Assembly (NCBI RefSeq): GCF_001194135.2
Contig: NC_068982.1
Span: 1,663,377 to 1,727,376, forward strand
Source of the DNA: Octopus bimaculoides
Lineage: Eukaryota
Direction of reading: 5' to 3'
Length of the DNA: 64,000 nt
In this document: positions 23,150-37,239 of the stretch, one piece after another
Numbering within the stretch: position 1 is the stretch's first letter
Layout: every line of letters begins with the position of its first letter
The notes under the pieces: model-generated
The model's database searches: none
What the model was told of the DNA's origin: nothing
The model's input: the letters and a program-made list of their open reading frames with translations, nothing else
Position numbers and translations under genes: made by a program

Positions 23150-23620
23150 TGAATGCACCTGGCATGGGGCCAACCTAGAAGCAAGGTTATTTGCACATAT
23201 TTAGGGAGGACAGAATGTGTACAGCACGAGCTTTCGTGTCCACCTTTAGATGGATACGTGGTGTACTCATGTCAAAGTCGATACGGATCGCGAGGCGGAA
23301 TCGCTATGCTTCGGAATGGTTTGGATTTTGCAATTCGATATAACTTTTTGGCTCCAGAGTTGGTGTGGTGAAAAATATGACCAGCGGTGAAAGCCATTTA
23401 TTAGAAGCTGTCTACGCACCAACAGGCACGAAGTCGTTAGATATCTTTTAGGCATCATGGGACTTTTCTAGAAAGGACCCACTATTTAGTGATACATTTA
23501 TACGGTGTTTTTGATGTGCAAACTGTAGTATGGATCTATCTAGACAATAAGGAGTTTTGCAAAGGGTTCATACAGCGGCTCAGATGTTTCCGACTGAATT
23601 TCCCGAAGGTGCAACGTTAA
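23150..23620 (+). mobile_element. L1/Tx1-like LINE APE endonuclease fragment, degenerate
   Basis: GSRGGIAMLRNGLDFAIRYNFLAPE (GGVA motif region) and LEAVYAPTG at 23401-23427 (VYAP motif). Confidence 0.65.
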
Positions 23621-25594
23621 CATTGATCAACCGCATCAAATCCTCAATATCACCTAACAAAGTGTATTTTGAAGGTCAGGAAAGGAAGACAGTGTAAAAG
23701 TCCACAGTTTATAGTCCTCGGCAGCGGAAACCACAAATATGGGATCAGTGCAGTGGATGTTAATAGGTTTTGTATGCAGTGACTAATTTATTGGAAGCTG
23801 TGTGAGAACGGTTTAGCGAATTAGTTAAGCGGGAGATGAGGGGTGCATATATCAGTAGAATAGAGTCGATAATATTTACCGAAGTAACAGCTATAAACTA
23901 AATTTCAAAGAAGTGAAAAAGCTTAGGAAGGAATTATAGTACAGGCAAACGAAATCTAGAAAACAGAATGGAATCTCTTTATTCTCACCGTATATCTATA
24001 TGCAAGGATTCATATGCAAACGGATCAGAAATGCAATATTAATAGTCACGTGATTAACGATATATTACAGTTAAGTATTCCAATCTTCATACTTGTATGT
24101 TGTTATTTAAATTAGCTAGTTGACCTAAACAAATTTAGGTCAAATATGGTAGTGGTGTACTAAGGAAGAAATGAATTTGTATGAGTGGTTCAGAAACAAA
24201 AAAGAAAAAAAAAACATCGTTACAAAAACCAGGAACACTTGCCAGTATATGTCCCTTATATCAAAACGTTAGCAATATTCGCAATAAAGTAAATTTTCTT
24301 TTAACTCTGATAACATGTATTCTCTCAGCGGAATAACGCTTAACAAATGCACCGAAAAGGACTCATATTTTACAATAGCGCACATGGTCCATTCTTTAAT
24401 AAGAAACCACTATAATCGAGCGATTATATTACTGATATTTGTGTTATACATAATGGAAATGGGTTTATGAGCTGTATTTCTTTAGATAGGTGGTTTTCTA
24501 TTTTGCACTTTTCCATTTGACATAGCGTTGTCTCGAATTGATGGTCTACCCCTTATAGGAATATCGTTTCATAATATACTCACAGTAAGTTGCTGACTTA
24601 AACGGTGTCAACACTGAAGGAAGCAATATCAAACTCGGCCTCAGAAGGGGCTTAATCTTATATCAGGAAAGGAGATATCTGATAACTTAGATGAATTGCG
24701 TTGTTTCTGGCATTTAATTCGTGTCAGCGTTTTCTTGTGACTGAAATATGAACAATAACATGAATTCGCTACCATTCAAAGCATAGTGAAGAAAGCAGTG
24801 GTTTTGCTTCTCATCCGAAACTGAAAAATAGCTGACTTTCGTTTATTCATTAACAGTTTACATATTTTCACGTAATATATTAAAGCCCTTCACCATCATG
24901 AGAATATGAGAACTTTTTTGTAGATACAAATATCTGCTATGTAATATTTACTCTAATTTACAAATATTCCCTCTTTTCTTCATATACTGTAAATTACAAA
25001 ATATTTCTTTTGTTTCTATGTTTCTTCTGAATAAATATTCTAATATTTGTATTGCAGGCAATCCTAGCATTCCTCTGCCGAACAGGGTTCCTTACTTACT
25101 CGCCAAATGTATCTGATTGCATACCTCTTCTGACAACTTAATACTTCAGTCTAAACATTTCCCCTACACCAGCAATTAACGAACCCCTCAACAATATGTA
25201 AACGTGATATTATGTTTACTAAAGCAAAAGAGCTTTAGAAAATGAACATATTTGTTTAGACATCATAGAAAATTTTTAAAATACATTCTCGCAACCAGCA
25301 CATGGTTTCGGATCCGATGTCATATCCACGTGATTTGTTTCAGCTGTATGTTTTTCGCGTTAAGTAGGTGTAAGTCTCATAAACTATATAGTGTATTTCT
25401 AACAGATACAGTGAAGTTCTAATGAACTGAGATTCAATCTATGCAGCCCATTCAAGAGAAGGCTTTCTTATCTCCTTTTTATGTTTTAATGATCACTATT
25501 GAACCTTTATAAGGTAAGAGTTTCTTCGGTGGAGAAACTTGAATATTTTGTTTACGATGAAATTGCCGTGTATAATTATGAACGTATATTTCAG

Positions 25595-25639
25595 ATTAAG
25601 CATGATAACAGAATAGAAGACAAGGATATGATCGGAAAA
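25595..25639 (+). CDS. Candidate 45-nt exon, unknown
   Basis: TATATTTCAG| and |GTAAAG; only phase 0 is open (IKHDNRIEDKDMIGK). A donor AAG|GTAAGA at 25514 would define an 81-nt intron upstream. Confidence 0.15.
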
Positions 25640-27290
25640 GTAAAGTGAAGTCTTACTGTGAGAAAAATACTAATGTAATTTAGAATTCGTAAAAATGGGC
25701 TAAATAATGCTTTCTGGTATTTTCGGTTGATTTTAATGTTACGCTTGTTTATCATGCTGAGCCAGTTTTAAAATGTCTATCTAAACAACGCAGTACACTC
25801 AAAGCGTCAGAAGCATATTATCAGCATTCCTACTCTTGCTTTAGATAGGGAATCTTATGTTTTTACTCCTATGATAGAAATATGTACAACCTGAATAAAT
25901 CTGTAGCAATTTTCAGGGCATTTAACGAGTCCATAAATTTAGTGTTTGTCTTTGACATACTCCTACAATTTAATCTGTTAAGTTACTACTGCAAAAGTAC
26001 TTCAGAAAACCTCATTGCAATCCATATACAACTGTCAATACGAAAATAAAGAGGGCCGAGCAAAAGAAACCTATAGAAAACGTAACATAGATCATCATAA
26101 ATGATAATGTGGTTATGAAAGCATCCAAAGATGTCTTGTTGTGTCTTGGGAGAGTCATTAAACCGATAATAATAACACACGCACTGGTTCCATAATATTC
26201 ACTTATTGTTAGTCCATTAGTTAAATATCTAATCAACTAACTAATCAAGCGTCGGTTTAATGTGATCGTTAAACAATCAGTCAATCAGTTGTTTGTTAGT
26301 CTAAGTTATTTTGCCGCTATTCGTGTGTTGGAACATACGAATTCACATAAAAATATCTTACGAACCAAATACTAAGACGAATAATCCAAAGATATTTCCG
26401 TGCAGAAAGAGAAAGTTGATACCTAAAAACCTACATCTGAAAACGAAATTAAATGACTGTACGACTTGAAACTGGAAATGTGTTTTGTAGTCCTGAGACA
26501 TATTTTTCTATGCCCTGATATCTGGTTGTGTATGTGTGAGGTTTAACCACATTTCGGGCACATTTTATTCAAACTCTGAATCATATATATTCTACAAGCA
26601 GAAAAATGGGTAAAATATGTGTTCTAAACTATAGCGTTCATAACTATTTCTCTCATAGACATCCTTAATTTTTGCTAATGAAATATGTTGCTAGATTTTC
26701 AAAAAGCTAAGCTAATGTTATTCTCTAAAGGAAAAAAAAAGATATAAAAGATTGTGCATGGTGGGAATAGATACAAAAATATGAAATATGAATAACAAGA
26801 AAGTGTGTTTGAGTTTAAATAAATATACTTTCCGCTCTTCATAATACTTATAAAGATATTTCTCTTTTTCTGTCTGTCTTGACGAAGAAAACATTTCAGA
26901 AGCGTCACATAATTTAACTTTCATTTATAACTTAATGCATTAAACCGATGCACCTTCTTTTGATGCATTCCTAATAATTCGTCTTCTGGTCTCACTCTTT
27001 GTCGCAGAGGCAATATTTAGTGGAGAGTAAATGTCATGTAGTCCAAAAGATATCTTTTTAAAGAAAGCAAAATTCGACGATGATATATGTTATGATGTTA
27101 CTTGGTATGACATTAGAAATGAAAAATAAAAATATAGATTAATAGTACTTAAATATTGATAAACAAATATTCGATTTGCTTATGTTCAAATTGTTGGGTT
27201 TGTTCTGTATCTGTGGCTGATTCTAAAATTGTACAATATTCGTTTAACACATTCAAAGCACCAGACATTCGGTTGGGAAGAATACAACGC

Positions 27291-27292
<2 letters not shown>

Positions 27293-27366
<74 letters not shown>

Positions 27367-27375
27367 CCCTTTCTC

Positions 27376-27427
<52 letters not shown>

Positions 27428-27430
27428 GAC
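27293..27430. repeat. (TCTA)n plus (TA)n
   Basis: Direct reading. Similar (TCTA)n tracts at 13460-13512 and 29268-29360. Confidence 0.95.
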
Positions 27431-29266
27431 AAATAGATGCGTAAATACATAAGTACCGACATACTTCCCTACTCATACACATATGTAGACGTATACATAC
27501 ACATATACGTATATATAGATATGTATGCACGTGTGTATTGTGTGTTGTATGTGCGTGTGTTTGTATTTTTGAGAACTTGTATTTAAATATAAAACTAGAA
27601 TTAGCTTTTGGAAAATTACAATATATACATGAAAAGAGTTTATATCTCCCATAAATATATATCTTCTTTCAAACGAAGTAATAGCAAAATACTCTGTACC
27701 AAATTAAAAATATCATGTTGCAAAACTTTTCCTTGATACTCGTGATAGGAATAACTGAAAATTATGCCCATTTTATGGCACGCACGCCTCTTCATCATTA
27801 GGCAAAGCGGTTCACTTTAGAATCATCATTATCATTAGAATACAATGCTTCAAGTATCAGATGAATCTGACGTACACGAATTTCGTTGTGTCTCATTTAT
27901 AAAGCTTAGAAGAAGACGATAACAAGGAGCTAGATTCGTGGTTTGTTATGCATTAGATAGATTCGTGACGTAAAACAGATATTTGTTTAAGACAAAAGCT
28001 ACTATTTTCTGAACTATTTAGTGTAGTGAAATAACGAAAACAAAGGAAATACAAAATAATAGATATTTGGAAGCTAAATGCAAACCTCAGATTAATATAT
28101 CTCGACACGTTATATCTAATGAATAAACTGATACCAATGCGGGAGAGAAGTATTCTGTATCAGAAAGACAAGCTTGTTATCTATACTGTTGAATACGTCA
28201 CTTGAAATAATAATTCAGAAGGGATTTGCTTTCTGAAGTTAGAACTGATTTTAATGTGAACACTATGAGCTTCAATCGACTTCAAACATATATATCGAAA
28301 GATGGACCAAACTATATTGCAAATTGTGATTCATTGAGTGCTGAAAAACATTACAAGTAAATCAACGGCAATATAGCAATGTGCTGATGTTGGTAAACTG
28401 AAATCGAAATCTTTCGAAGACAAATTTTCTTGTTTTTGTTTAGTACTAATCTTAATTTTATCACGAAAGACGCTAAGAGATTCCTTTAGTCGAATGTTGG
28501 AAATATTTTTCTTTCGTTGTATTTTATATTACATATAATGAACAAAAACTGTATTAAAAATTTACGGTGGGTTAACCAATACTTCGTTATATATATGCTC
28601 GCTGCAATGTAACGTAAACATACCTCCGACTCTGGCAGAAAAATGTTTCATACAAAATGGAATCGGTCATTCGAAATCGGTCATTCGAAAGCAGTTATTC
28701 TGCTGGTTTTTCGTTGAGAGTTATTTATTCTTATACAACCAAAAGTCTGCAAAGCACACGAAGCAAGGTTCATAGAAATACAAGTTTATTCAATTATATT
28801 GACAACTTTCGTCTGCATTCAAGCGTTGAAGAGATGAGGAAGAGCAATCACACTAAGTTCTGACGTCATTCATATCTCAAATATTGTTTATAAGGAAAAT
28901 TCTTCTTCAGAGTCAGTTTCTGCAGCGGAAGGTCATACCCATCCAGGTGTACACGAATGATTTGAGTATAACTGTACACGTCAATATTACACTACACGCT
29001 CTAATTAATTGACAAGCATTGATGCGTAACGGCAAATTATATTTTACTGTTAAAATTATATGAACAGGTGCTCTTAGAGGGTGATGAACGATGGAGTCAA
29101 TGTCTGAAAGATGATGGGGCATAATGACGGAGAGGCGCAGGTATACCACAGTCCGGGGAAGCCGTTCATTGCGAGGTCTTTCCATGTCAAAATTACAAGA
29201 ACGTTCTAAATATAATTCCATGTATGTATGTATGTATGTATGTATGTATGTATGTGTCTGTCTGTC

Positions 29267-29308
<42 letters not shown>

Positions 29309-29309
29309 A

Positions 29310-29361
<52 letters not shown>

Positions 29362-29589
29362 GTGTTTGCGTGTGTTTGTGTGTGTATGAATGTGCGTTTG
29401 CGTCTGTGTTTATGTGTGTGTGAGTGTATGATTGTGTGTGCGTGTGAATACTAATATCTATAGAGTACAGTCATATATCCCCATTTCAGCCGACTTTACC
29501 AGTCAGTAAATTCGGTTTAAATGAATCTATAATACTGAATTCTCGTGTGTACACACACATTCTCGCGCGTACGCACACTTTATCGTGTA

Positions 29590-29807
29590 TATTTAACTTG
29601 TTTAAATCATTAGACTGTGACTATGCTGTGGCAAGGCCTTGAAGAATTTATAGTCGAATGAAGCGACTCCATTACTTATTGTTTTAAAGCCTGACACATA
29701 TTCTATCATTTTCTTCTTTTGCCGAATCGTTAAGTTACGGGAACGCAAACATACCAACACCTGTTGTCAAAAGGCGTTGGGGACAAACGCCACACAAAAA
29801 CACACAT

Positions 29808-29858
<51 letters not shown>
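29590..29858 (-). mobile_element. 3' part of SINE family B running into microsatellite and gap 29859-30547
   Basis: TTGTTTAAATCATTAGACTGTG...TTCTATC...GCCGAATCGTTAAGTTACGGG...GGGGACAAAC matches 31625-31850. Confidence 0.8.
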
Positions 29859-30594
29859 NNNNNNNNNNNNNNNNNNNNNNNNNNNNNNNNNNNNNNNNNN
29901 NNNNNNNNNNNNNNNNNNNNNNNNNNNNNNNNNNNNNNNNNNNNNNNNNNNNNNNNNNNNNNNNNNNNNNNNNNNNNNNNNNNNNNNNNNNNNNNNNNNN
30001 NNNNNNNNNNNNNNNNNNNNNNNNNNNNNNNNNNNNNNNNNNNNNNNNNNNNNNNNNNNNNNNNNNNNNNNNNNNNNNNNNNNNNNNNNNNNNNNNNNNN
30101 NNNNNNNNNNNNNNNNNNNNNNNNNNNNNNNNNNNNNNNNNNNNNNNNNNNNNNNNNNNNNNNNNNNNNNNNNNNNNNNNNNNNNNNNNNNNNNNNNNNN
30201 NNNNNNNNNNNNNNNNNNNNNNNNNNNNNNNNNNNNNNNNNNNNNNNNNNNNNNNNNNNNNNNNNNNNNNNNNNNNNNNNNNNNNNNNNNNNNNNNNNNN
30301 NNNNNNNNNNNNNNNNNNNNNNNNNNNNNNNNNNNNNNNNNNNNNNNNNNNNNNNNNNNNNNNNNNNNNNNNNNNNNNNNNNNNNNNNNNNNNNNNNNNN
30401 NNNNNNNNNNNNNNNNNNNNNNNNNNNNNNNNNNNNNNNNNNNNNNNNNNNNNNNNNNNNNNNNNNNNNNNNNNNNNNNNNNNNNNNNNNNNNNNNNNNN
30501 NNNNNNNNNNNNNNNNNNNNNNNNNNNNNNNNNNNNNNNNNNNNNNNATATATATATATATATATATACAATTTTTTTACGTATATATCGAGAA

Positions 30595-30870
30595 ATTCTT
30601 TCGATTCAGGGCCCGATCTGTCATCTCAGTTTTCAAAAAAGAAAACATCTTTCGTAAAAGATCCCATCACCTTGAAATGAGCCCTGGACAAATTTCTTGA
30701 AGGGATACCAGATAAGCCACCTATACCAGGGTACATTTCAGCTAACAACAACTCCCTATTTGAATGGGCCACGACACCACAAAACCTGACTCAAATTGAC
30801 TGAACAGATATTAGTGGGTGGTGCTATGAAGTTAAACATGGCCTCGGCCAATCTTTGGCCGAAACATTTA
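30595..30870 (+). mobile_element. CR1/L2-group LINE 3' end (same family as 6880-7240)
   Basis: Reads ALDKFLEGIPDKPPIPGY (LDKFL..IPD.P terminus) and shares the 3' UTR GGTGGTGCTATG...CATGGCC...TGGCCGAAAC. Confidence 0.75.
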
Positions 30871-31624
30871 CATGATCTCTCTACCTTCTGACGAAACCAC
30901 ACTTAGCCTGACTTGATCCTTGCTTACTAATTACGTATTGCAGAGGAAATAATGCTTCTTTTATTTTGTTTTAAACAAATAATTTATGAAAACGTAATAA
31001 AAATTCTAAAATTCATCATATAAATCTATTATTACAAACTGCGAATTAAATAAATTTAAAAACAAATAGTCTGTATCTTTTGGATTTGCGATTTCTTAGC
31101 TATTTTTACTTCGTAATTTCCTTTATATTTACTGTATTATTTATTAACGCTTCTCTTTATACCCCAAATATTGCTTCAATTTTCCTCCACTTTTTAAACC
31201 TCCCATAAATACATTTAAATTTTACTGTTTCTGAAAAATTGTTGCATTCTTTATCGGGATCAATAAAATTTTTAGGTTGACGTCCTAACAATTTCTTTCG
31301 TTGCTCGTTCTGAATCAATCACATTCGCCAATGGGAGCCTAAATTATTCGCTCTGGCAGCGGTGGGGAAATACCAACTCCACATCATTGCTAAGGATAGC
31401 TCTTACGACTATAAAATTGGATATTTTTAAAGTTAATATCCAATTTAACTGATGATTTTGATATGGTTATTTCCTAATATTTTTCCAGTTTTTAAATTTT
31501 CAACTGTATTTTGTGAATTGTTTAATGCTAAAATCCGTACCTGATTGTCCAGAACATGAATGTGAGTAACCCAGAAGACATTTTGTCATATGAATCAGGT
31601 GAGACCATTTTAATACCAGTCATA

Positions 31625-32212
31625 CCTTTTATCTTTTACTTGTTTCAATTATTAGACTGCGGCGACGCTGGTGCACCGACTTGAAGAAATTTTAGTCAAA
31701 TGAATCGAACACAGTAAATATAATTTTTTAAAACATTGTGGTACTTATTCTATCAGTCGCTTTGGGCCACCGCTATGTGACGGGGACTTAAGCACAGCAA
31801 TGCCGGTTCTCAAGCGATGGTGGGGGACAAACAGAAACAGAAAAACTCACACATGCAGAGATACATGTGTATATGTATATAATACATACACACACACATA
31901 TATTATATATTATATATATATATATATGTACAAATATTTTCAAATAAATGTATATATNNNNNNNNNNNNNNNNNNNNNNNNNNNNNNNNNNNNNNNNNNN
32001 NNNNNNNNNNNNNNNNNNNNNNNNNNNNNNNNNNNNNNNNNNNNNNNNTATATATATATATATATATATATATGGTAATCGTCTATGAAATCCACTGACA
32101 AGATTTTGTTCAGTCCGAGGTTATAGTAGAAGATGCGTACCCAAAGTGCCATCTCGCAGTGGAACTGAACACGGAACCACGTAATTTGGAAGGAAGCTTC
32201 TTACCACGTGCA
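31625..32212 (-). mobile_element. Full SINE family B (tail, central microsatellite with gap, tRNA-like head)
   Basis: Tail 31625-31850. Head 32075-32212 (AAATCCACT.ACAAG...TATAGTAGAAGA...GGAACTGAACACGGAACCAC) is the reverse complement of the head at 36786-36920. Confidence 0.8.
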
Positions 32213-33264
32213 TCATATGTATAGTATGTATGTATATAAGTAAATATGTAATATATGGATTCCAGTGTGTTCATTGACGATAGGTGAGAACTGTGCGATT
32301 GTGTGTTACTGTTGATAAATATAAAAAAAAGCATTTTGGTTTTCTTTCTTCAGTATTCTCTTTTAGAAGCGACTTTGAATGATTACTTTGTAAATGGATT
32401 CATTAAATTAATCATTCTTAACAATTGAGTGCATTAATTAATCAACTAATTTTAAAGATTGTATATGAGAGAGATTCAGAACTAATCAAGTAGCAGGACA
32501 GTGTATTTAGATTGAGATCTCTCATAGAGAATGAATTTAACTACAAGAGTTGATAAATGGAACCAAGATAAATGCACACAGTAGTGGGTAAAATGTTTTC
32601 ATGGAGATCGTTGTGAAGCTATTGTTTGAGTGAATAATATTTCACTGCTTTTCATTATTTCCCGGTGAATGCAGACTCCGATACCATTTCGTTTGTTGTC
32701 TTTCATCGTTTCATTTCGCTGTTGTGCTTTTGAAATACACAAAACATTTGCTTTACGCCGCTTTCCGTAATTTTCCGCAGAATTTCGTTGTTTCCTTTCC
32801 CTTTGTGTTGATATTCTAATAGAAAAGTTAATGTAAATATATAATTTACTGGTGTGAATTGCGGTCGATTCAGCATTATACACGTATCATGCACTTGAAA
32901 TGCATGAAGGGTTTCCTTGATGTGACCGACAACGTGTAACTGAAAAAGAAGAGATCAAACGACAAACTGTCATAAAAGTGCGAGAACAAGTACCGATTAT
33001 AAATATTAGACTTGGAGGGAAGATCGCTTTGAACTTAAATATTGTAGCGTGGACGATTCAAAATAAATGTGAAAATGGTCCTACGACTCTCTTCGCAAGA
33101 AAATTACTGAACTACAACAATAATTACACAGTTGAAGAAGAAACACAAGAATCCATTTCTGAAAGTCATTTTTCAAAGCCGCTTCTCCATCTGAATTATT
33201 TTGATAGCAAATAAGAAAATAATTGAAAAATATTACTCAAATTTAAAAAAATAATTCTCCGTAA

Positions 33265-33335
33265 TTTTGACACAAGGCCAGCAGTTTTAGGAGAAGGGGT
33301 AAATTGATTAGATCGATGCCAGTGTTGAATTCGTA
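33265..33335 (-). mobile_element. 3' fragment of SINE family A
   Basis: GACACAAGGCCAGCAGTTTT...GATTAGATCGATGCCAGT matches the family A tail. Confidence 0.55.
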
Positions 33336-36300
33336 CCCTTTAATTGTCTTTATCAGAACATGAAAATCCTTCGGCTCCAAGGAGTCATAGTTATCTCATT
33401 TCTCCTTGTTAAGGAAGCACAGTTTCCTGAAGTTACGGGAACACAATATTTTTGTGACACCATTCTCTTTTTCAGTATTTTCAGAAAACTGACATATATT
33501 AAAAATTCTCTCTGGTGCGTGACATTCGCAAGTTTATATTTGTTGCTGCTTCCGTTGAGTAAATTTCGGTATCGCATGTTCTTGAGTTTCCATTAGAAAT
33601 ATATTTGCAGGTCTTTTATCTGTATTTTGCGAAGGACCAATGTATGCCTTTGTGACTGCATCTGTTTGACTAATTATCAAGATTTTTGTTCTGTTTGGTG
33701 TTCCTCAACTCTGTCTTTTAGATTTTTCAACTTTTAAGAAAATTATCGTTAAAATCTCGGAGGCGTGTACGCTGGCACTGACTTTAATGTTCTCCTCAAT
33801 TTCTACTATTCTAAATAAGAAACCCTATTCTATCGTTGAAGAAAACGAAAGTAAAGAAAATGAATGAAAAATGTATAAAGGCATGGCAGGGATCTAGAAA
33901 CACTGAAAAGATCCGAAGCCTAACAACGCAAATAATGAAAGATTTAGTTATTGAAATTTCTTTCAAGAGATTCATAACAGAAATCTACTCACGCAAGCAG
34001 CAACAGAAAGAGAGGAGAAGAAAGAAGAATGCGATGGAAAATAGGGAAATATAATTGCGTAAGTATTACTTTATTGGTTATTGTCACATATTCATGCATG
34101 AAAAATACCTTTTTGTATTCAGTGATTTCCTCTCTCGAGCTAACAACGCATAAATATATCATATCAAAACCAGGCTAATTCTGTATTCCTACGTCCGGAT
34201 AAATATTACATATAAAACCGTATTATTCAGTTTGGAGTGAATAAGGGGAAGACGCCTAATTGTAACATAATGCATTAAAATCTGAAATATGGTGTGTGCA
34301 AAATACAATATAATGAGAAGCTCGTAAATTGGGACCCGACAATAATTATAAGGGGGCAGACGTTATTCCTCAAGGCGTGTAACTGAAAGAAAAAGCCGTA
34401 GAAGAACTCGAAAGGACATGAATCTACTCTGTCTTCCACCCAACAAAAGGGGCTACAATTATGCACTTGATAAATCTTTAGAACGTATTTAAAGATGGTG
34501 GTAAACTCCAGCAGACAAGATACGTTCCTAAATGTAAACACAAATATTAGTTGAAATGGGAAATTTAAGGAAAGGATGGTCATTGAAAGGGGAAACTTAA
34601 GAGAAATCAAAGAATCACACTAGAAACATTCTGTAGAGAGAAGGAAAATTTAAAAGACGACAAAAATGGAATATTATAAACACAAAAATAGCGAACCGTT
34701 GTCCAGCTATATTGTGTAACAACTAATACCGAAGCAGGACATGAGATAGCAAAAGTATATACGAAAATAAACATATCAAATAAGTAAAGAGAATATAAAA
34801 AAGATTAATGAATAAGAAATTCTGCAGTTAGTAGACAAGTATGGGATTATAAATGCAGAAATAATTCATGCATTTCTTTCAATAAAAAGTTTTCTTATGG
34901 ACTAACGAAGTGTCTCCTGAGGATAAAATTCAGCCATAAAAAGGCAATAACCGAAAAGAGACCTACCCGTCGCAGTTTTAATTATATTAGATATTAAATC
35001 ACCAGTATTGATAACCTAAATGTAATAATACATGTAGTGACTAATTTATTTACAAGGGTAAGTAGAATTCTGTTTTAGATTTAATCCTAAAAGAAAATCA
35101 AAGACGGATCAAAGCATCTAGGAAGCAATTATGCAGAAAAATATAAAAACTAAGAGAAAAAGATTCAGTGAATCAGGAATAAGATTAACATCGAAAGGAA
35201 ATACGCATAAAAAAGGAAAGTAAGATAAATAATAAAGCGATATTAAAAATACAAAGAAAAAGCACAATTTAAAAGAAATCTCTAAATTGCTATGAATCGT
35301 CCTGTATAGAAATAGAAGGATTCATTGAAGAAAGAAATGGGTTCCCTTCAAACCCAAAGGGAGCTGTTCAAAGGACAGTGTAAAGGTAAACAGTAACAGC
35401 AAGAGAGAGAGACAGAGAAAATTATTTGGGGTGGGGATTAGATTTCAGAAAAATCAGCACAAGGTGTTATACTTCAAAACATAAAAAAAAACTTGCCTAA
35501 TCCTGATCTGTAGCACAGATACTAAAAACAAAAACGACGAGAATTCTTGACAATTCGGTAATGTTTCAACTTTTGGTTAAAATGTTGAACGAAGTCTCAT
35601 AAGGAACTAATAGAAATGTTTAAAGAAACATTGTTGACAATGAGACTACATTGAGGTTTAAATTGTTGTCATTCGACGAAGACGAATAAAGAAAGTTAAT
35701 GAACAAATGACAAGTAATTGTACTCACAGACAAAACGGTGGAACCTAAACGCATCCCCATTAGAAGAAATATTGCAACAAGAATTCTCATTCGGAGGCTA
35801 AATATGAATGAAAAGCTGACATAAAAACAAGGAACAAAGACAGCAATACAAATATACACACCTAATGTCTGGTTATAAGAGTTTATGGTAACCACGAGTG
35901 CGAAAATTTAAGGGGCATTACGTAATATCAAATCCTGGACTACAAAAATATCTAAAGAAAACAGAGATGAAAATTATAGAGATAGAAAAAAATGTCCAAC
36001 AACGGGAGACACGGAAAGGCTAAAATGTTAGCTAGAGTAACAACTAGAGAATACCATGACAAATTGAAGGAGACAAGATACCTATATGATCATCAGCTAA
36101 AAACAATTGAATAGCTTGGAAGTAGGTAAATAAAATTTCCAAAACTGGAATTTTATCTAAGGATTGTATTGACGAACTCCGCGCCAAATCTTTCATTCTG
36201 TAGAAAGAAGAATACAGTAAACTTATCTTAAGATTAGAGAAGAAAGAATTAACCAAAAACATTCACTGTCAACTAAGTCATAGCCAAAATGAAAGAATAC

Positions 36301-36785
36301 GTCTCCAGCCATGACATACTAGCTGATACAGTTTATATGAGCAATTTCTTTACGTTATGTCACTTTTATCTTTTCTAAAAGCAATATATTGCTTTGGCTA
36401 CAAAAATGTTTTTTCCTGTGATAGATACCTGCACGTACATACACACTAGCATATTCAAACACTCACACACCTATTTATGCATACACATATTGGCACAGGA
36501 ATTATTTAAAAAGTGCAATAAGACACGGAATAATTACAAGATATAATTGAACGAAATAAAACATTAATTATCACTGGTCATTTCCAGTCGGGAAACTCCT
36601 CGCCCCTAATCAATATTTTCTCAGATTCTATTGCACAGTAATCAATGCCCCATTCAGGCCTTTTTGAGACATTTAGTATTGCTAAAACACCAGCTTTGAA
36701 GGGATTTTTCAGTTGAGTTGTGTGTAAAGACTTCGTTTTAATTTTCTTAGTTATGTATCTTTTGAAAATTGCTCAGATATTCCAC

Positions 36786-37157
36786 CGGGCGCAGACGTGG
36801 TTGTGTCCAAAGACGTTTGCTTCCCAACCACTTGGTTCCGAGTTCAAGTTTTTTTCAACTATAGCCACGGGGTACCCAAAGCCTTGTGAGTGAATTTCGT
36901 AGACGAAACTGAAAGAAGACTCTCGAATATGTGTTTCTGAGTGTATGCGCGCGCGGCTGTGTGTGCGCATGTGTGTGCGTGTGTGTATGCATTCGTGTAT
37001 CTTTGTGTCCGTGTTTGTCCACACCACTACGTGACAACCGGTGTTGATGTGTTTAACTAGTGGTTCGGTAATAGAATAAGTAGCAGGCTTTAACAAATAT
37101 AAATGCAGGTGTCGATTCATTCGACCAATAATTCTTCAAAGCGGTACCGCAGGAATG
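36786..37157 (+). mobile_element. SINE family B
   Basis: Head GGGCGCAGACGTGGTTGTGT...GGTTCCGAGTTCAAG, AAAGCCTTGTGAGTGAATTT.GTAGACG.AAACTGAAAGAAG, central (TG)-rich linker, tail GGTTCGG...ATAGAATAAGTA...GTCGATT. Confidence 0.85.
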
Positions 37158-37239
37158 AAAAAAATTAATAATTTTATTTGCGTCTTTTGAACTTCTTCAA
37201 AAACACTGCGGCTTAAGAGATGCGCAAGTTTTTGTATCA

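Noticed and set aside
25270-25345. Minus-strand peptide MTSDPKPCAGCE resembling the start of a LIM domain
   Set aside because: A stop follows within a few codons, the donor is weak, and no downstream LIM exon was found.
14828-36920. tRNA genes at A/B-box motifs
   Set aside because: All are heads of multi-copy SINEs that continue into SINE body sequence; none forms a complete cloverleaf.
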